A stretch of DNA of 64,000 nucleotides from Cenarchaeum sp. (GTDB lineage Archaea > Thermoproteota > Nitrososphaeria > Nitrososphaerales > Nitrosopumilaceae): assembly GCA_963692915.1 (NCBI GenBank), contig OY843584.1:512001-576000 (forward strand), given 5' to 3'. The notes under the pieces were generated by a model, which had not been told where the DNA came from, did not search any database, and saw only the letters and a program-made list of their open reading frames with translations. Both the position numbers and the translations under genes were made by a program. This document shows, one piece after another, positions 61,000-64,000 of this stretch (positions are counted from its first letter, which is position 1; each line of letters starts with the position of its first letter).

Positions 61000-62829
61000 C
61001 TAGGGAACCCATGCCTCATCGTGCAATCGAGGCCAGCACCCCCACGGCTCGACGGCACGTTCTGGTTTTATGGCCTCAAACTCGTTCTTGTGCTGCACAA
61101 GGACGGGAATCTCGGCGACAAGCGTGACCTCGTGGAGATCCTTGACCACTCCGTCATCCGTAAGCTTGTCGTCGTTGATTCCTCTGATGAAGATGTCACT
61201 ATGTCGCGCAATATCAGACACCTTGACATGAACGCTGAGCGTCGTGTCAAACGAGTTGAACCCCTTTGGTTTGAAACTCGCCGGAACCAGTATCCCGTTT
61301 ACTAGCGCATGCGACGCTTCTAACGCGATCACGCTCATGTCCGCCTTTATCTGGAATGACACGTCATCTGCATGAAATGCAGTCGCCCGAATCACCATCT
61401 TGTCAGAGAACGGGAGGAGCTCTGGCACCGAGGAGTGTGTGCCTATCACCCTGGTCTCAAGAATGGTGTAAACATAGGCGGTCGGGTTTAAGAAGACCTG
61501 CAGTTCGGTGAACGCAGCATGTGTGTAAGGACGACTTGGCTCGGGGAGACCAGACTCTTTGCGGTTGGGGTCATCTTGAAGATCCCTGACCCATTGCGGT
61601 TCTGGAGCCGCAGCATAGGTGTGGCCCGAACCGCGATTATAGTCTGCAATGTTTTCAGTGTATGGGTTTATCAGCCACGAGGGGCTGGCCTTGTCCCTTG
61701 GCACGTTGTTTTTGATATAGTAATGAACTCTGTCATCCCCTGGCACGTCGCACAGGTTGATCCGCTGCGCCACCTGCGTTCCAAACGACGCGCTCGTCTG
61801 GCATTCCCACCGATGCCATTTAACACCAAGGGGAGTGATGTCAGGACGGTAAAGCATGCTATTATTGTGATTTGACGTGCCCTCTATCGGCGGGACGCCA
61901 GACATCTCCCCATACGGCGCGTTTGCGCACATCGGCATGTGTGCTTGGGCAACGAGGCGCGGAGGCAGCCTGGCGCCGGTCATGGACTTGCCCTCCACGG
62001 CGTGCGGGAGGCCGCCGGCGTGCGGCTGTGGCCGCCTGTCCGCATCCGTGGACAATATGCGTAGCGCGTACGTGTCCTGTTCCCTGCCGTGCATGCTAGA
62101 GGCGGCGATCTCCACGGTGCGCTCGCCGGCAGATGACTTGTCTGCCATTACCATCGCCGTCCCGTCGCCGTGGTCGACTAGGACAGGTGACGCGCCCGTT
62201 CCTGCCAGGGGATCCAGGGGCACAGTATCGAGCACCCTGAGCGAAAAGGCCACCTTGTCACCTGCGGCGTCTGACGCATTTAGCTCCACGCACGCGATCC
62301 CCGGCGATTCGGCAAAGTCCAGATTTCCACTTGTCAGCGCGCCGCCGACCATGACGTCTAGTCCTGGTGCAGGGCCGTGTGCGCCCTCGTCCCGCTCTGG
62401 CGGATCGGCGGGCAGTATGCGCAGCAGGTGCACGGCCTGCGACTCGCCGCGCGCTCCGGATGCGGTGATCTCCACAAGGCGCTCGCCTGCAGCAGACCTG
62501 TCCACGGTGACTGTCGCCATGCCATCGCCGTGGTCGGCCAGCACAACATGTGCATCGCCCCTGGCACCATCTTGCGTGGACCAGTGTGTGGTCCGAAGCA
62601 CGCGGAGCGAGAATGACACCTCGTCAATCTTGGCATCAGTGGAACGCAGGGCGATTCTATGGGGCTCATCAGACTCGGTGAGCACTATGAGCGTGTCCAT
62701 GGGATCACAGGCAACGAGCACCTCGAACTCTGATGCAGAGTTGTGCGTGGCACCGACCTGCACTAACGCTGCAGGTGCTGCGGCCATGGCAGTTGCTGCG
62801 ACTATGACAATCACGATGAGGCTTTGCAT
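61000..62829 (-). CDS. Secreted protein with two internal beta-rich repeats and an unrecognised C-terminal domain
   Basis: Signal peptide; duplicated FSLRVL..L.DHGDG.A.V..D.S.AGER.VEI.AS..LRIL. Confidence 0.7.
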   Translation of the reverse strand: MQSLIVIVIVAATAMAAAPAALVQVGATHNSASEFEVLVACDPMDTLIVLTESDEPHRIALRSTDAKIDEVSFSLRVLRTTHWSTQDGARGDAHVVLADHGDGMATVTVDRSAAGERLVEITASGARGESQAVHLLRILPADPPERDEGAHGPAPGLDVMVGGALTSGNLDFAESPGIACVELNASDAAGDKVAFSLRVLDTVPLDPLAGTGASPVLVDHGDGTAMVMADKSSAGERTVEIAASSMHGREQDTYALRILSTDADRRPQPHAGGLPHAVEGKSMTGARLPPRLVAQAHMPMCANAPYGEMSGVPPIEGTSNHNNSMLYRPDITPLGVKWHRWECQTSASFGTQVAQRINLCDVPGDDRVHYYIKNNVPRDKASPSWLINPYTENIADYNRGSGHTYAAAPEPQWVRDLQDDPNRKESGLPEPSRPYTHAAFTELQVFLNPTAYVYTILETRVIGTHSSVPELLPFSDKMVIRATAFHADDVSFQIKADMSVIALEASHALVNGILVPASFKPKGFNSFDTTLSVHVKVSDIARHSDIFIRGINDDKLTDDGVVKDLHEVTLVAEIPVLVQHKNEFEAIKPERAVEPWGCWPRLHDEAWVP

Positions 62830-63032
62830 TCTACCATGACGCCTCCGCTACTGCCAAGGCCTGCGCCAACCCTTCCATGCATTGCAGTGTGGACGTGGTT
62901 ATCACGCACGTCGATGGGCTTGGCATTATATAAAAAGCGCTGCATGACGGGCATGGGGTCAGGATGGTGAAATTGCATCGTGCCAGATAGGCATATTGTC
63001 CAAAACCCGCACACATGCCACGTGGGAGAGTC

Positions 63033-63719
63033 CTATGTGTAGACTTGCCTGTCTGAGATCACGTCCTGCTTTAGGTCCACAGGCGGAGACGGCAATCTCT
63101 CTGCCTGCGCAGGCACAATGTCGCGCCCTGGCGGCGTCGGCAGCCTCGCAATGGTGTCTCGCTCAAGCGCGGCGCGCGCCTCGTCAAGTATTGCGCTGGC
63201 CTCGGGATTTGCCTGCGCGCTCTCTGGCACAAGGCCGGTTCCCACAGTGGCGCCCTCCAGTATGTCCCTCATGGATTGCTCAAAGTCGCCAAGTGACTCA
63301 CTGACGTTTGGCATCATGCTTCCTATGCCCGGCGCGATATCCTTGATGAGCGCCATGCACGGGCTAAGCGTGACTACAATGTCGCCATACTCGGCCACCG
63401 TGCCCAGGCGCGTCCGCACGCCCTCGACGGCGTTCTGCGCATTTCTTATCACATTGCGCATCCTTCTGATCTCGGCGAGCTCCTGCGCATACCCCCTGGC
63501 GTATCCCAGGTTGCCGGCACGCTGTGCCTCAGCTATCTTTAGCAGCATGGCCGCATCCCTCTTTTTTAGCGTGTCCTGTATCCCGTCAAGTCGCGCTATC
63601 TGCGACTCGAGCCTCTTTTGGGCAGTGTCGATCCGCGTCTTTAGCGGAACTTCCGGGCGTATGCCCTTGAGTATCCTTTGTGAGAGGTTTGCGCTACCGT
63701 TTGACCAGCCCGGGATCAA
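63033..63719 (-). CDS. ESCRT-III/Snf7-family protein (CdvB paralogue)
   Basis: Helical core PLKTRI..AQELAEIRRM..RLGTVAEYGDIVVTLSP..ILDEA; C-terminal LPTPP/LPSPP. Confidence 0.85.
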   Translation of the reverse strand: MIPGWSNGSANLSQRILKGIRPEVPLKTRIDTAQKRLESQIARLDGIQDTLKKRDAAMLLKIAEAQRAGNLGYARGYAQELAEIRRMRNVIRNAQNAVEGVRTRLGTVAEYGDIVVTLSPCMALIKDIAPGIGSMMPNVSESLGDFEQSMRDILEGATVGTGLVPESAQANPEASAILDEARAALERDTIARLPTPPGRDIVPAQAERLPSPPVDLKQDVISDRQVYT

Positions 63720-63800
63720 TACGCATGAATGCGCAAAACCCGCCTTTAAAGAGCCATGTCACCGCGCATCGCGTCACCGTGGTGACAAGAGCCACGGATA

Positions 63801-64000
63801 CTAGCCAAAGGTGAACGTGTATATCGCAAATCCTGGCTCGCTTGTGCGCAGCTCGAGGAGGCGCGGCGAGGAGGACTCGCTATTGACAATGTTGTACAGG
63901 CCGTGCCCTGATATGGCCGCAACGCCGTCACTGACTGCCGAGCCGGCGTCGCCTGCGCCTATGGGCTCGCCGTCAAGGAGGACCTCGAGGGACGCCATGC
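63801..64000 (-). CDS. C-terminus of a DipZ-like redoxin/thioredoxin-domain protein (partial)
   Basis: LDGEPI..AG..GLYNIV..PGFAIYTFTFG ending typical of the DipZ C-terminal domain. Confidence 0.7.
   Translation of the reverse strand, partial: MASLEVLLDGEPIGAGDAGSAVSDGVAAISGHGLYNIVNSESSSPRLLELRTSEPGFAIYTFTFG

Overview
Archaeal chromosome window, by gene content a GC-rich Nitrososphaerota (Thaumarchaeota, Nitrosopumilaceae-like; possibly a Cenarchaeum-type symbiont, inferred). Diagnostic genes are a thaumarchaeosortase, egtB/egtD, cofC/cofD, futalosine-pathway genes, CdvB/ESCRT-III, smc and an L3-to-L6 ribosomal protein operon without L2. Most of the window is housekeeping. An accessory zone between the RNase P RNA gene and purC (about 39.2-46.3 kb) holds a 33-bp tandem array, an AAA+/DUF4143 ATPase, an IS5-family relic, a broken host gene and an AT-rich two-gene operon. 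That operon encodes a MORC/GHKL ATPase with an apparent C-terminal AbiEi-like antitoxin domain, coupled to an AbiEii-type nucleotidyltransferase, and is the best candidate for an undescribed defence system. Other oddities are tandem ahcY paralogues (the second catalytically degenerate), a TFB without a zinc ribbon, a probable ACG start for cofD, an Alba read-through fusion, twin perfect palindromes flanking a structured spacer, an extreme AT island and five convergent gene pairs sharing one CTAG double stop. All family calls come from motif recognition by eye; no searches were run.
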